Part shown: one piece after another, positions 62,977 to 64,000 of the stretch
Layout: each line of letters starts with the position of its first letter
How positions within the stretch are numbered: position 1 is the stretch's first letter
Assembly: GCA_947427205.1 (NCBI GenBank)
Contig: CANEHB010000006.1
Location: 7,377-71,376 of the forward strand
Origin: an uncultured Clostridium sp.
GTDB taxonomy: Bacteria; Bacillota; Clostridia; TANB77; CAG-508
DNA length: 64,000 bases
Direction: 5' to 3'
Notes under the pieces: generated by a model
The model's database searches: none
Told to the model about the DNA's origin: nothing
Seen by the model: the letters and a program-made list of their open reading frames with translations, nothing else
Translations under genes and position numbers: made by a program

Positions 62977-63651
62977 CTAAATTTCACAGTCTAAATTTTC
63001 TGTATTCAATATTTCAGTTTTTAAATCTACTACATTAGAAGTTGATTTTATAATCTCTATAAATTCATTCATTGCAATTTCTAGTTCGTTTAATTCTCCT
63101 AATGTATCAAACATTATAAGCGCATCAGAAGTATTTTCATCAATTTTAGTAATTTCACTATCCTTATGATTCCAATAACGACATACTGGAATATCTCCAC
63201 AATAATAACATATTTCTGCTAGGTCCTTAATTTTTTCTAATTGTCCACCTAGCCCCATTGGTTCAAACTTAACACCACCTTGAATAGCATATTGCAATTT
63301 TAAATCTTCAGCTGGTAGTTTTCTAATATCATATCCTCCCATTGGAATTCCATGTTTAACAGAAATAAAATTATATGCATCAACAAAATAATTTATTGAT
63401 TTTAATTCTCCAAACTGTTCTATAATGTTCCACAATGCTAAAACTGATGGCAATCTACGTTCACTTGCATTCATATCAGAAAAGATTTCTAACCATTCCT
63501 CTCTAACCTTTTTCTGATCAGCAATAGTTTTTTCAAACTTTGTTAGCATTTCTAATTTTTCTATTTTTTTATCTGTAACTGATACTTTTATAAGTCCCAT
63601 TTTATATTTAGGATATTTTTCTATTATTTTGTTTTCAATTGATACTTTCAT
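62977..63651 (-). CDS. Stand-alone B3/B4 (PheRS-beta editing-like) domain protein
   Basis: PSVLAL...INYFVDAYNFISVKHGIPMGGYD...CRYWNHKDS motifs. Confidence 0.8.
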   Translation of the reverse strand: MKVSIENKIIEKYPKYKMGLIKVSVTDKKIEKLEMLTKFEKTIADQKKVREEWLEIFSDMNASERRLPSVLALWNIIEQFGELKSINYFVDAYNFISVKHGIPMGGYDIRKLPAEDLKLQYAIQGGVKFEPMGLGGQLEKIKDLAEICYYCGDIPVCRYWNHKDSEITKIDENTSDALIMFDTLGELNELEIAMNEFIEIIKSTSNVVDLKTEILNTENLDCEI

Positions 63652-63910
63652 AAATTTAACTCCTCTTATAATAATTTTCTAAAAACTATATATGGAATTA
63701 AATTTCAAGTCGTCCATAGTCAAAATCTAGTTTATTAGCTAGCATATCTTTTACCTCTATTATTTATTACATTTTTTATATCACAAAATGCATTTTTTTT
63801 CAAATGCGACATATTTCTTCTTAAAAAAATTCTATTAAAAGTGCAACTTTTAGTATTTTTAAATTGTATTATAATTAGAATTAAGATCTTATATTCAAAT
63901 GGAGGAAAAA

Positions 63911-64000
63911 ATGGAAGAAGATAAGAAACTATATATGAAGTTCTTAAATGGAGATAACGAATCATTTGAACTTATAATGAACAAATATATGGAAAAAATA
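63911..64000 (+). CDS. ECF-type sigma-70 factor, 5' part
   Basis: GGAGG SD; MEEDKKLYMKFLNGDNESFELIMNKYMEKI resembles the start of an ECF sigma factor. Confidence 0.7.
   Translation, partial: MEEDKKLYMKFLNGDNESFELIMNKYMEKI

Noticed and set aside
63735-63965. 76-aa minus-strand ORF
   Set aside because: Overlaps the plus-strand ECF sigma start; no SD
1-64000. CRISPR array, IS transposase, integrase, prophage or DGR
   Set aside because: No regular repeat-spacer array, mobile-element ORF or reverse transcriptase seen

Overview
AT-rich Firmicutes (Clostridia-like, sporulating) chromosomal window. Bases 200-27361 hold four giant secreted, C-terminally anchored surface proteins arranged as two paralogous gene pairs; the second gene of each pair carries a probable thioester domain. 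The rest is mostly housekeeping: DUF4321-radC-mreC-mreD-mrdA-minC, mecA, an M23 peptidase, spore-coat genes, Fic, tRNA-Lys, an NCS2 permease, ftsH, tilS, dnaB, rplI, gdpP and rpoBC. Next come tRNA-Gly and tRNA-Cys, followed by an integration-scar region with a probable type I toxin-antitoxin pair, and then small enzyme and regulator genes. Main finding: three unrelated genes (radC, DUF4321, a histidine phosphatase) are each broken at the same signature, an in-frame CGG followed by A. Skipping that C gives GGA (Gly) and restores a full-length protein every time. By eye I found no in-frame CGG read as Arg in any intact AT-rich gene, only in two GC-richer, probably imported genes. This points to a codon-specific +1 recoding system (CGGA read as Gly, or a +1 shift at an unassigned CGG). 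A systematic assembly artefact still has to be excluded. All family calls are by motif recognition; no database searches were run.
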